A DNA stretch of 64,000 nt from Antechinus flavipes (GCF_016432865.1 NC_067401.1:190526001-190590000); one strand, 5' to 3'; counted from the first letter of the stretch, positions 17,201 through 33,778 are shown. Program-made: numbers and translations. The notes: a model not told the origin generated them from the letters alone.

Positions 17201-17622
17201 TGTAGAGACCTTAAGTTCTGTGCATGGGAACAGAGGGGTGTCCTGGTATGATCCTGGCAACCAATATTCTCTTGGAGGAGGAGTCAGGAATGTAGTTTAT
17301 AATCTACACTCCTTCCAAGGGACACAAGGGACCGAAAGAGCAACTGGGGGGAAGGGTGTAGGGAATTCCACAGTCCCCTCACCAAGCACACTTCATTCCC
17401 ACCCCATCACTATCCCATAATCAGGCCAACCCTCCACTCACCAGGCCCTCCTCCATCCCTTTTCTTTTCTGTCTGGATCCTCTCCATCTTTCTCAGCCAC
17501 TCCTCTCCCAAGTCTATCTTGCACTCTTTCCCCAGACCCCATTCTCCACCTCCATGACCTCCCAGCTCCCTCCTCCCCCGACCCATCTCTCATCCCCCTC
17601 CCCAGCTCCATCCCTCCCCCAC

Positions 17623-18060
17623 CTCAGTGGGGTAGGGGGCCTAGGGGGCTGGCCCCCTCCCCAGCCAGGCTGCGGCAGCGGTGGTGGCGGCTGTGTCTCT
17701 GTCTCTGATGGGGAGTCGGTGCCAAGGGGCCCTCAGGGTTTAGGGGTATCCTAGCCCCGGCTGGTGGAGGGGCTGTGGGAGTGGGGGGCCGGACCCATAG
17801 TGGTGAGAATGGTGGGAGGGAGGGTGTTCCCCCGGCTCTCTCCCTCCCTCCCTTACTGCTGTCTCTCCCTCGGAGGGCTGGGGCGCCGATGCTGCTGCTG
17901 TCCCCCCCCCCCCTCCCAACGCCTGCTTGTTTCCGGGGCTGGCCAGGAAGTGGGGGGCGGTGACAGGCGGGCTATCTTGCCAATAGCCTGGACAGGGACC
18001 CAAGCATTCCCTCCCTCCAGCTTTTGGCCCTCCCTGCCTCTTCTTTTTTCTGCTAGCTCC
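17623..18060 (-). other. AGPAT1: AGPAT1 non-coding 5' UTR exon (contains a uORF)
   Basis: Donor CTGAG|GTGGGG at 17622-17621. GC-rich sequence resembles the recalled human AGPAT1 5' UTR (GCCGCCACCACCGCTGCCGCAGCCTGGCTGGGGAGGGGGCCAGC). The 5' end is approximate. Confidence 0.7.
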
Positions 18061-19549
18061 TCCTGCTGAGGATTTTGGTTATTCCTTCCAGCTGTCTCTC
18101 TTTCATAATCCTTTCTTCCCCCTGTCTCTGGTTCCGATCTTTCCTGGCTTTCCCTGCTCGTTTATCCCTTCCTCCATTTCTGTCAGCTTTCTCTGCTCTG
18201 TCCATTAGGATAACTTTCCTCTTTCTTCCAGCTTCTCATTACTCATCCTTTTTCATCAGCTGCTTTTCCTCAACTCTATCTCAGCCTCTCCCATCCTTAT
18301 CTCTCTTGTCTCTCCTAATCTTTCGATCCCTGTCCTATGGCTATCCTCTTCTTTCTGTCCTCCCATTATCTTTATGGTTTCTCAGAACACTAGCCCCATC
18401 CTCCCCTTTTTTCATCTTGCCCTCTTTCTGATCTTCCTACCCTCAAGGCCCCCCTCCTCCTTTTCTTAATTCCCCAATTCCTTTTTCTCTTCTCCCAACC
18501 CCCTTTCTGCACCTTCCTTTGGGGTCTCTCTTCTTCAGCCAGATTGGGAACTGTTCCCTCACCTCAAAGATGGAATTGCGTATATTTTTCCACCATTGAA
18601 ATCAGGTCTTTGTTATTCACTTCTTTCTGGGAGTATGGGCAGACCATTCACCTTGAAGATGAAATAGGGAGCAGACTCTAACCCCTAAAGGTTGTCATCC
18701 CCAGTTTCTAATACTTGTTTTCTGGCAGCCCAACTGCATCTGTAGCCCTGGCTTCCCACACTTCTTTTACCCTCCTTGATACTCCTCTACTTACTTAGCT
18801 TTATTCCTTTCACACAACTCTTCTTTCTATCTCTTTCTAAACAAAACAAAACAAAACATTTTCTCATTACCATCTTCCCTTCTTTTCCTTGCTGTCTTGC
18901 TAGGCCCTATTTTCTCTCTCTCCAATAAAAGCCCTACCTTCAACTAACCAACTCCATCAACTTGGGAATAGCCCTCTTTTGCTTTCCCTTTACTTTCCAG
19001 CTCCCCCAGATGTTGGGGTTCTTCTGGGTTCTTCCCCCTTTAGATGTCTTGGTTTCTCTCTGAGGGCCCCTGTCTGGTTTGTCTCCTCCCTCCCATAGAA
19101 CCATAGAACACAGAATGTCCGAGCTGGAGACCTTGGAGACCACCTATCCTCATTTTACAAAGGCCCAAAGAAACTGATGCCTAAGGAGACAAGCTTCTCC
19201 TCTCTCCCTCTCCTCTCCAGATTCCTCCCTCTCTACCGTTCCCACAATTAACCTAAGTCTCTCAATGGCCAGGCCTCCAAGCAGGGGAGAGGCTGGAGGT
19301 GGGATGGATGGAAGAGGGGGTGTGTGTGTGTGAAAGGGTGGGCTATTACCAGGTTGCTGTGTTTGGGCCCCAGAGGAGGGAGACTCACTGCCTAGGCCTG
19401 GCTGCCTACACCAAGCACTTGAGCCACGCTGAGCTGTAGCGGGTAGAGTAGGGGCACCCTGCCCTGGAAGAAGACCCCAGTTCTGCTTGGTGTGTCACAG
19501 GGAGGAAGGGGCGGTTCTAAATCTATCTCTGCAGATCATGGCAGAAACA

Positions 19550-19765
19550 TTACAGTATCAGAACTGGAAAGGACCTCGGAGATCATCCAAAGCATGATGG
19601 AAACAAGAATGTCCAGCTCCACTTTGCAAAGATGACGAAAACATTAGGATCTGGCGGAAAGCCAGTGACTCCCGAGGTCACCCAAAAAGTCAGAGGTTGA
19701 GTCAAAATTTGAACCCAGGTACTCTAACTACAAATTCAGCACTCTTTTTCCACTGCACCACTCGA
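19550..19765 (+). mobile_element. MIR-like CORE-SINE remnant
   Basis: CTGGAAAGGACCT..GAGATCATC..GAGGTCAC..TTTGAACCCAGGT. Similar remnants occur near 7645-7760, 19100-19190 and 22560-22730. Confidence 0.5.
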
Positions 19766-19879
19766 GCTGAACTAGATTTAAAATCGTTTCTGCTCTGTGC
19801 GTCATCGAAGAAAGGAATCTGGAGAGTTCCGCTCCGTGCGTAGGCCAAGATTAAGGGGGATGGAGTGCGTGTGCACTCT

Positions 19880-20810
19880 TAGGTATGGGGGTGGGGCGGG
19901 AAGAGTTTTATAAAGCAAGCGATGGATCTGTGACGTCAAGAAGATGGGGCCAATTGCCATTCTCCGGGCAACATCAATGTAAAAAGCGCCGGACGTACTC
20001 AGATTCGGTTCCTGACGTCACCGAAACGGCTGAAGCCATTTTGAACTCGGTGACTAGCATAATTCTTTTCGCTTCCAATCCTGGCTAATCTGCGAGCTCT
20101 ATAGGTAGCCAATCAAATTTGAGAGTTTGGTGGAAGTGGCGAACAGAGAAGGAATTTAAGGCTGGGGTGGTGGCCAAACCAAGACCAATTGCAATCCAGT
20201 CGTTATAGCAACGAGAAAGACGGAGAGGAAAGGGTGGGTCCAAGGAAGGAAAACTTCCTCCGGATAGGCCCACTCTATCTCTCACATGAATGTTTGCGAC
20301 CATTTCCTAGCCAACCGGCTGCTTCGGAATTTACGCGCTCATAGTCCAATAGGATCTCTGGATTGTGAATGAACTGAAGGAAGGACGGGGGCGGGAATTG
20401 GCTGGATAATTAATAGCTAGAATCTGTGTCCTGGAGCCAATTGAGCACGACACATAGCAATGGGGGACGAGTGGTGATGCTGATATAGTGGGCTCTTCTT
20501 TGCTGCGGACAATAGGGTCTGCCAGAACATTTTACGGCTTATCCTATGACGCAGCATCTTGACTGTCGACTGCTTCGTCCAATAATCACTCTTTAAGGGC
20601 GGGGCAATATGTGCCTCTCCCTCCCCAGACTGGCGACCAATCCTTTCTTTCCGAACGCGATGTGACTGGTGGGCAGGATCACCAATGGAGGCTCGAAGAC
20701 CTTGACGGATGACCAATGGGCAAGAGCAGGGGGGCGGGCTTTTCGGACCTTCTGGGTTTGTATATGTGTTTAGTGGGGGAAGACCTGTGTTGCGCGGGCA
20801 ACAGTTGAGG
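19880..20810. promoter_or_regulatory. Bidirectional CpG-island promoter of AGPAT1/RNF5
   Basis: Head-to-head genes, high CpG content, two TGACGTCA palindromes (19931-19938, 20013-20020), 11 CCAAT/ATTGG boxes and several GGGCGG boxes. Confidence 0.8.
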
Positions 20811-20814
20811 GGCC

Positions 20815-23800
20815 ATGGCAGCGGCCAGGAAGGAGGACGGGGGCTCCGAAGGGCCAAACCGAGACCGGGGAGGGGCAGGTGCGGCCTTCGAGTGTAACAT
20901 CTGTCTGGAGACAGCGCGGGAGGCGGTGGTCAGTATGTGCGGCCACCTGTACTGGTGAGAGCCCCGGGACACCCCCCACACACACCTTCCCCCCTTCCCC
21001 CCCACTCTACTCCCACCATACCAACGAGAACCTGGGACATATACCTTTACTAGTAAAATAGTGAGGGCTTTAGAACATCCCTCTATCCCATTACCCCCAC
21101 CCACACTCACTCTCTCTCTCTCTCCTCGAGAGAGTTCTGGGACACATTATCCTGAGCTCCACAAATTATCCCTTCCCTAATATACAATCACTCTGGGACA
21201 GAGCTACATTCATACCTATTTCTAGAAAGCCCCAAGAGACAGACCTCTACTTACTACACCCCTCTAGTTAAATGACATAAGACTGCAGCACATCTACAAC
21301 CCACATCCTTGGTACTGATGGGAGAGCTCGAGGAGACCCGCGGATAGGTTCTTGTATTGGTACTGGTGAGAACCTCAGGATGTTCCCACTGGATATTCTC
21401 CCTGTACTGTCAGCAGCCCCAAGATACCCACAACTCTTAGTGTATGAGAGTGGTAAGAATCCCTTGAAAACACACACACACCCCCCTCCTTGGGCTAGTG
21501 GGTGATATTGGTGTGTGTGTGTGTGTGCAATACATTTATGTAAGCCATTTTAAGAGATATACCCTATTCTTAACTGCATTCCTCTCTCTATGTCTTGACA
21601 GCCTTAGGAAGAACACACACGTACACATTTCCCAGGTTCTTGCAACATTCACATAGACGTGTCTTCATGACAGCTTTGGATAAATCCGCATACACATACT
21701 TGTACTGCTGAGAGCTTGGGCTCACATGTCTGTGCTGTTGACAGCCAGGGGATATAGACATACATATACCACTCCAGTGGGGGGAATTTAGAAAAGACGG
21801 CACGCCTGTGCACCCAGGATGCACATCCAACTTATATTTATAATAGCTTAAATAGTTATTAAATATCTACTGTATGCAGAGCAACAGATACAGAAGTTTA
21901 GATCAGCTATGGTACCTGACTTCATGGAGCTTCCAGGGGCATATAACATGTATATAAGTAATATATGAATGGATGCACAAAGTAGTATATGATAGGTGCC
22001 TGAGAGGTTCAAAACAAAGTGCTGTGTGAATGTGTTATTGCTGGAAGATGTCAGTAAGGGAAGAGTGGTATTGGGTTTTTAAAAATAAGCAGTCATCCTG
22101 ATAGTTAAACTTGGAGTTCAACTATATGGAGTTGTGATAGCTAGTAATCTAATTTGGAAAGTAGAGTACATAGAGGGGAAATATGAAATTAAATTGGAAA
22201 GGTAAGTTGTTTCCAACGTAGAGATGCTTGAATTCCACGCAGAGGTTTTAGGGAATTTTGATCAAAGTGACTTGACCAATGTTTAAAGAAAATTGGCCTG
22301 AGAATAAATGAAAGTAGTTAGGAAGGGAACCTTTATTGATGGTAGTAGTAGAAATAAAAAGGAGAATATTGATGAAAGAAAAGTAGACGTGAAAGTTAAT
22401 AGAACTTGCCAACTGATTGGATGTGAGAAGTTAATAAAAGGAAAGTGTGAAAAGCAATATTGGTTTTGAATATGGGAGTCTGTAAGAATGATGTTTATTG
22501 CTATCGACAGAAATAATTAAGTCAACAGGGAGAACAGGTTTGGAGGGAATGATAGGATTTTAGGATTTATACCTGAAAGGAACTTTGGAAATCATTTAGT
22601 TTAGCCTCATTTTCTTAATAAGGATATAGATTGATCTAAGTCAAATGTTTTGCCCAGAGTTAAACAAAAAACAGGCCAGCACAAATTCAAACTTGATTCC
22701 TTTGACTTCGAATATAACAATCATTCTGCTATATAAATGAACTTAGATTTACTAAATTGTTGAACTGGAAAATTTGGTCTGATAGACAGGTGCACCTCAT
22801 TTATGTATCTGTTGATTCAGTTAAGGAAGAGATGTCATAGCTGGTAATAAGAGATTGTGCTAAAGGAGATAGAAGAGGGTTAAGAACAGAACTTACCTTG
22901 AAGGGCTGAGAAGAAGAGCCAGCCAAGGAGACAAGGCATTATCAGAGATGGAGGAAAACTAAGGGGAATGTGGCATCTCTGAAGTCAAGAGAGGAGATAG
23001 ATATCTTGAAGGAGGGATTATTCAGTGTAACTGAGGTTATTGCATTTTTTAAAAATATCACTTTAAGAGATCAGTTTGATGTGATGTGATTATAATTCAG
23101 ATTGTGAAGGGTTGGTGCTAAGGAAGTGACACAAAGGATTGTATTGGTAGGGGAGACAGGGCATTTGGGGTAATATGAATTCATTTTGATGTGAAAACAG
23201 ACATATTGAAAAAGATTGAGAGGTAAAGGAATAATAATGAGTGGTGAGGGAAATGGGGCTGGGAAGCAGTTGGGGCCTGGGGCCTCTGTGTATCTTCTAT
23301 CTGCAGCTGTTCTGACCTCTGATCTCTCCTCCCACCAAGCTGGCCTTGTCTCCACCAGGTGAGTAGTGGAGTGGATGGAGAGGAAAGGGAAGTGGGAGAT
23401 GGGTGCTGAGGAATGGAGAGGCCTGGGGAGTAGAAAACCCAACCTATTTACTGTATATTACACTTCTTTCCTCAGTGGCTGGAGACTCGACCTGAAAGAC
23501 AAGAATGCCCTGTGTGTAAGGCTGGAATAAGCCGGGAGAAAGTTGTCCCACTCTATGGGAGAGGAAGCCAGAAACAACAGGATCCTAGGTGAGAGGGAGT
23601 AAATGAGGGTAGAATCAGGCTCTGGGGATAACTTTTAAGTCTTGAGAAAAGGTAGGTGATGGCTTCCTCGTGTAATCTTTATCTTCAACAGATTGAAAAC
23701 ACCGCCACGTCCACAGGGCCAGAGGCCTGCCCCTGAAAGCAGAGGGGTGAGTCTTGCTTTTTCCCATCATGACTTTGTATCCCAAAAATTCCTCTTTCAT

Positions 23801-24150
23801 CACTTATCTTATATCTACCATGTCTTCATCTTAACAGGGATTCCATTCGTATGGGGATGCTGGAGGCTTCCACCTTTCTTTTGGTGTGGGTGCCTTTCCT
23901 TTTGGTTTTTTCACAACTGTCTTCAATGCCCATGAGCCTTTCTACCGGGGTCCAGGTAAGAGCCTTCTCCCTTTTTCCTCAGGATGAGAGTCTTCTAGCT
24001 CATTCCTTGGGACAAGGGACTCTTTTCTGCAACTCTTTGATTTCTCTTATAGGTGTGGACCTGGGACCCGGCCGTCCAGGCTCCGGCTGGCAGGATTCCC
24101 TCTTCCTCCTCCTTGCCATATTCTTCTTTTTTTGGCTGCTCAGTGTCTGA
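20815..24150 (+). CDS. RNF5: E3 ubiquitin ligase RNF5 (RMA1), 180 aa, 6 exons
   Basis: Exons 20815-20954, 23340-23358, 23476-23588, 23692-23746, 23838-23955, 24053-24150 (543 nt, GT-AG). C3HC4 RING ([26 protein letters not shown]) and hydrophobic C-terminal anchor. AATAAA at 24578-24583. Confidence 0.97.
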
Positions 24151-24928
24151 GCTGCCCCCTCTTAGGGGCCTCCCCCAACTAGAGGGAGAATCAGTATTGG
24201 GGGGCCCCAAAACTTTTTTTTTAGGTATCTGCTCTCTGCTGGCTGAGGACAGACACAGCCTCCCCCAATCCCATCCCTCTAAGTGAGGGAGAGGGAATCA
24301 ACTGAGTACTGACTGGGAGAGCCAGAGAACCCTTTCCTCTCTAGTTGCTAAGTTGAGATGCAACTTTACTCCCAACTTGAGGGGTAAGGGAGTGAGAAAT
24401 GGGTAAGGGGACTGTCTACTTCTCTACTTCTTCCCAAGTTCTCTTATTTGGGATGAAGAGGAAGTGTTCTTTATTCTCCCAATTTTTGATTTAATTTAAT
24501 TTTCCCCTCTATGCCTAGGATGGGTTCTGTCTCCCTACCTTCATCCCCATCCTCACTCCATAATTTGTAAGGAATTCAATAAAAAAAATTGAAAATATGT
24601 CTGTGGGAGCTTCCCAACCCTCCTCCATTCCCCCAACCCCATCCCCCTGCTTCTTGCTTCTCAAGATCTTTCTTATTTGATATTTTTCCTGTGAGGTTCT
24701 TAGGGCAGTGAAGACACGCACAGAGGATAGGATTATCAGATATTTAATAATCATTGTTTGGATGAATGTGCACAAGCAGGGAACAGGTTCAGCTCTCAGC
24801 TGATGTAAGACTGACTTTTCAGGAGAAGTAATGAAAATGGGGAAGGGATACTGGGGTCAGGAGAAATAGCATTAGAGCAGGGGAGTGGGAAAAAGATGGA
24901 TGGAATTAGATGGGTAGCCAAGGGTTGC

Positions 24929-27854
24929 TCAGGGTTCCCCTTCATTGTTCTCAGCTGTTTCTTCTTTTTCAGGTTGATTTAGTTCTGCCCGTTCTTCCTC
25001 TTCCTCTGGGCACTCAGGAACCTTCCTACAGAAGGAAAAAGGGACAGAGCCCTAGATGTTGGCTTCTGACCTCTGGCCCTAGGCTTTCCATGCTCTTCAC
25101 TTACCTCTCTTCTTTGTGGAGCAGCCGCTGTCTTTTCCACAAAAAGAATCCCCCCAGCAGGGCAGCTGTGACCAGGCCACCCAAAACTACTAGAATGAGG
25201 GCCAGTAAGCCTAGTCCTGGGCCTCCCTCAGAGCCTGTGGGGAGATGACAAAACATGATTGGAAGGAGAGCAACTTTTGTGTTACTTCCAGTTTGCCTCA
25301 CCAGCCATCCACACATCTATGATCCTTACCTTCTACTTGGTCAATTTCTCTAGAATCTGAAAGTCAAAGTAGATCTTAGTCAAAGGGGATAGAGCTAGAA
25401 TGTGGGGAAGGAGGCAGGGAAGAGGTATTCCTACTGTACTTAGGACCTGTTTTTCTCTCCATCGATTGGATTTCCAAGGAAGATGAACTCCTCCTTTATT
25501 CTCCCCCTTCCCCCCCACTTCCTATTCCCTACCAAACACCCTTGCAGCTAAAGTTGTTTTTTCTGGCAATGGAGGAGGCTTGTTGGGCTTCCTCTGTTGG
25601 GCAGAGGAGCCTGGACAGGAGCCTGGAAGGAACAGCCTTCTTGGGGGGGGGGGGCAGTATGGGAAGTGGGAGCTGGGAAGGGAGGGAGGATTGAAACCTG
25701 AAGTTTGGCCTCTGTGACTCATGCCTCAATCTGGTCTGGGATTGAAAGATTGGACAGGAGGACTTTTCTCACCAATGATGCTGATGCTAACACCAGGACT
25801 TTCTCTTGACCTGTGACTTTGGTCAGTGGCAACACAACTGTAGATTCCTTGGTCTTGGACTGTGATCTCAGGAAGGAACAGCACAGAGCTTGGAGCAATG
25901 GCCAGAGGAGAACCCTGGGAAAGGATGGGGAAGGAGAGATACTGGATGGTTATCAGGGATCCCCTTCTACCATATTCTCCCATTTATCTTCCAAATTTCC
26001 TTTTCCCCCCACCTAGTATTTCTGTAACTTCTCCTTCCTCTTCCTTTCCCCTTTTTCAACCCAAATCATTCACCTCCCAGTGTTTTGCATGGCTCTCCTT
26101 TTCATTAAACTCACTGTACCATTAAGGAACTGAATCACTCACATCTTTAAGCCAATGAATTTGTGATGAGTGCTGAGCGGGGACCTCACAGGTCAGAGTT
26201 ACTGCCCCTCCAGGGGCCACTGCTCCACCCTCTGGATCTACTACTAGTCGAACTTCCTCCAAAGATTCTGGCTCTGGGAATGAGAATAGTGGTTAATTCC
26301 TCTATAGCATATTGCTTCCCCATTTGAAATACATATCACCACCCCTTTCACCAAAGACCCTATATATATAAGCCTATAGCTTTCTTCTTGTTCTCTTCCA
26401 CTCAACTCTCATCCCAGACACTGAGTTGAATAGGCGCTGCTTGGAGGGCCTGTTGTCCAGGGGCACTGGGACTGAAGCTAAGACTGCAAGAGAAGGTGGG
26501 GTTCAGAGGGCTTCCTGGGACTGGGGTCATTGTCAGCTCTGATTGTATTGTGAAAAGTCCTGTGTCAGGGTGTCTTCTGGTCTCTTCCCTCACAGATACT
26601 CCTGATGGGAAAAGAAAGAGATTCATGTCCCAAAAAGTAGAGGACCGGATATAGAGAGGGGAAAGGCCATGGCAAGAAGAAAGCTTTTAAGATTTGGGAG
26701 ATTACAGAGAGGAAATAGACATTGGACTATAGAGAAGAAAGTTTTCTTGAAGGAATCACTCACCTTTCCCATCAGGCACCAGAGCTTTCCCATCTAGATG
26801 CCAGCTAAGAGTCCCTGCTGGGTATCCCCCTTCGGATAGGCATGTTCCTATCTGGTATACCGGAAAGACCTCATCACCCTCCATTTTTGCCTTTGGAATG
26901 TCCTTTCCACCCCTCATACACCATTCCCCTTTTGTTTTTTTTTTCAATTCTACCTTGTTGGGGATCCCAGCAATGAGTTCAGAGGCAGAGTTCACTATTT
27001 TTGGCTTCTTTGGAATCTCTAGAGGGAAAAATGAGATCAGGGGCCCTCAAAGGATGGTTTTTTTAATCCAGGTAGAGGATGTTGTGGGTGTGGGGGAAGA
27101 AGCCCCAGGTTTGAAGATGCTGAAGATTGCAAAAGAGAAGCTCTTTTTGCCCTTACGGTAGACACGGAGTTGGTACTTGGACTTGAACTCCTTCCCATGG
27201 CGATTGGTTGCCTTGCACCTGAATGTTCCTTCATCCTGAATTCCAACAGCTGGCAGGAGGAGGGAGCCATTGGGGAGGACTCGAGCCACACTCTCCCAAG
27301 GGTTCTCTCCAGGAGAGAGGATTTTCCAGGCTTCAGTCCGGCCTGTGTTCTAGGGAGAGTTTAGGAAGCAAAGGATGACAAATAATTGAACAGGGGAGAA
27401 AGTTCATGTGAATTAGAAAGCAAGAAGGCTTAAGAGAGAACTCCTAACTTACCAGTTTCCATTCAAGTTGCTGGGGTGGTTTCCTAGGAGCCCCCTTACA
27501 GGTCAGCACCAAGGGCTCCCCAATCCTGGCTGAGATGTTCTGACTGCCAACCACTGCCCTCAAGGAGAAAGCATGATATATTTTTGGGGTAGGGATGGGG
27601 AAGGCCAGAGATATGTGACAGAGCCAGGACAGGGTTGGAGTCCCCTATTGAAGTAGCATCAGGCAAGGAAATAGCTAGGGAAGAACATAAGGAATAGATA
27701 TGGGAGGTAGAAGAGGAGTAGGAATGGTGGGGGAATTGCAGTTGAATAGGGAAGAGGGGGAATACTCAAAAAGGTTGGGCCTTATCTGGGCAAGTCCCTT
27801 ACCCCCTAGGCTAAGGATCAGCATCCAGGCTCCTGTGTTTGTCTGAAATGCCAT
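24929..27854 (-). CDS. AGER: Receptor for advanced glycation end products (RAGE), about 405 aa, 11 exons, with two anomalous splice sites
   Basis: Exons 27854-27803, 27553-27453 (shifted acceptor), 27349-27157, 27018-26954, 26851-26764, 26601-26413 (donor reads AT), 26273-26143, 25914-25773, provisional 25562-25533, 25234-25105, 25025-24929. V-C1-C2 Ig cysteines, NIS/NGS sequons, TM (LLALILVVLGGLVTAALLGGFFLW) and acidic tail EEEEERAELNQ are all present. Probable ATTAAA signal at 24748-24743. Confidence 0.88.
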
Positions 27855-29965
27855 CCTGTCTTCTCCCCAGCCTCCTGGTTGTTTGACTCTCTCTTAGTAT
27901 CTTGCTACTGTCCCACATAAAGCCAGCACCCTGTGACTCTCCTCCCCCTTTTCTCCCCAATCTCCTCTGTCTGCTCCCCTGGAGAATGCCAGGAATCCAG
28001 CTGGGTTCTCAACAAGGGCCCTTGAAGTACCAGAAGAAACTTGTGTTTCCCAACCCAGGTACTGCTGACTCTTAGCAAAGCCACACCCATGGGGACTGGG
28101 GAGAAGCATGCTCTAAATCTTGGTACCCCCAAGCCAAGCCACTGAAGACTAGTGGGCATAGTAGACCCTGTTCTAAGAGAGAAGTTGCCAGATAGGATGA
28201 GGGATAAGTCTATTCTCCCTAGGAAAAAGGGTATTGAGAGAAAGTAGAAGAGAAGGAAAAATCAGGCAAGGGAAGTTGGATAACATTTTTAAGTGAGTTG
28301 TGAAGTCAAGTGTCAAACTCAGGACTCCTGGATTTCCAGACCAGTGTTTGTCCCAGTAAGCCATGATGATGCCAGATTTCATGTGTGGGGAAAGATAAAA
28401 ACCTAGAGAAATCCAAGTTCTCATATATGTGAAAAAAATTCTTCACCAAACCCAGGGGAAAAAGAAATTTCTTTATTTAAAACTGTCATTTGTTCTGTGA
28501 AACTACAAGTTTACAAGTGAGGAGATAACTGCCCCTTTCCCCTCCCCCCCAATCCCCATTACTTCCTGACCCTACCCCAGAATCCCTAAATAGGGAGGAG
28601 TCCTCTCATCCCAACACACACACACACCAAATCCTGAGGATGTTTGAGGAGTTTAGCCAGGAGGGGAGAGGGGTGGAGATATGGGACATTTCTAATATTC
28701 CTCCCCCGCCCCCCACTTCACCCCTGTTGCTCTCCCACCTCTACACCCCAGATTTTGGGCTAAGATCAGAAACCTCATTTCTGGGGAAACTGAGGGAGAG
28801 ACAACAAGCGTACCCTCCTATTTAACGTATTTGGCAATAAGCCTCCCTTCCCCCCCCACGCTAGGATAACAATAAAATAAAGAAAAATGCAAAAACATAT
28901 TTTAAGATGTGTTAGTCCCTGGGAGAGGGGGCAGGTGATTTCACTTTTTCCCTTAAAATCACAATCCTCAGCTCTGCTGACCCATTCCTCAAGTGATTTC
29001 CTGGGGAGCTCATTTATCCCCTTTAGTCATCCTATTACCAGATATCTGGAAGAATGAAGCAAGCTTATTTGCACATGCAAATGAAAAAGTTCTCAGTACC
29101 CAGCAAGGTCTGAAGGGAGGGTTTTATTCTCCTCTTTCAACATATCCCGTAGATCAGACTGATGGACCCATTTGGGGAGTGAGATTGGCAGGTCCTCTTA
29201 AATTTGTTCATCCCCCCTATCCAACACTTCTGGCTATTAACCCTAATATGGGAAAGGAATAAATCAAAAGAAACAATACACTTAACCCCTTTCCTCACCA
29301 AAAACAAAACAAAACAAACCTAGATTAAAAATAAAAAACAAACAAACCAACAGATGAATCCCAGGTTTTCTTTTTTCTTTTTTTTTTTTTTTCTTAGAAA
29401 AAAAAATCCAAAGCCTGTCAACATTTTTCTAAAGTAGCAGAAACTCCCTTCGAGGTAGATATCTGAGTCAGACACTCTTGTCCACCGAGCAATTCTATTG
29501 GTTTAAGATGAGCTGCATATGAGGTAATAAGAGCTGTCTTAGGGGGCAGGGGGTGGGGTGCACAGGGGGTATGGCCTGTGTCCTCTGTCCAAAAATCTTG
29601 TCTCCATTTTTGGCGTCACTAGGCAGGCAGGGTGGCGTCTCTGCCTAATTCTAGAGTGGATAAGTGGGATAGGGTGGAGTGGGGAGGGCAAGAGGAATAA
29701 GTCATGAGGGAGAGAGAGACAGAGATAAGACTAAAGGAAAGAAGTAGGGTAGAGGGAGAAATGAAGCAAACGGAGAAGGATCCCTTAGGAGATCCTTCCC
29801 ACTCTCTGGTTTGCACACCTAGCACTGAGACACCTTCTTCATGAGGAAAAGCCCCATTTGTCCCTCTGCCTTGTGCTTCTCCTTTGGGTGGGGTGTGTTC
29901 ACTGGATGTACAGGGCCTCTTCAGGAGTCATCCAATGTGCCCCCACCCCTGAGACAGAGACTGGA

Positions 29966-33778
<3,813 letters not shown>

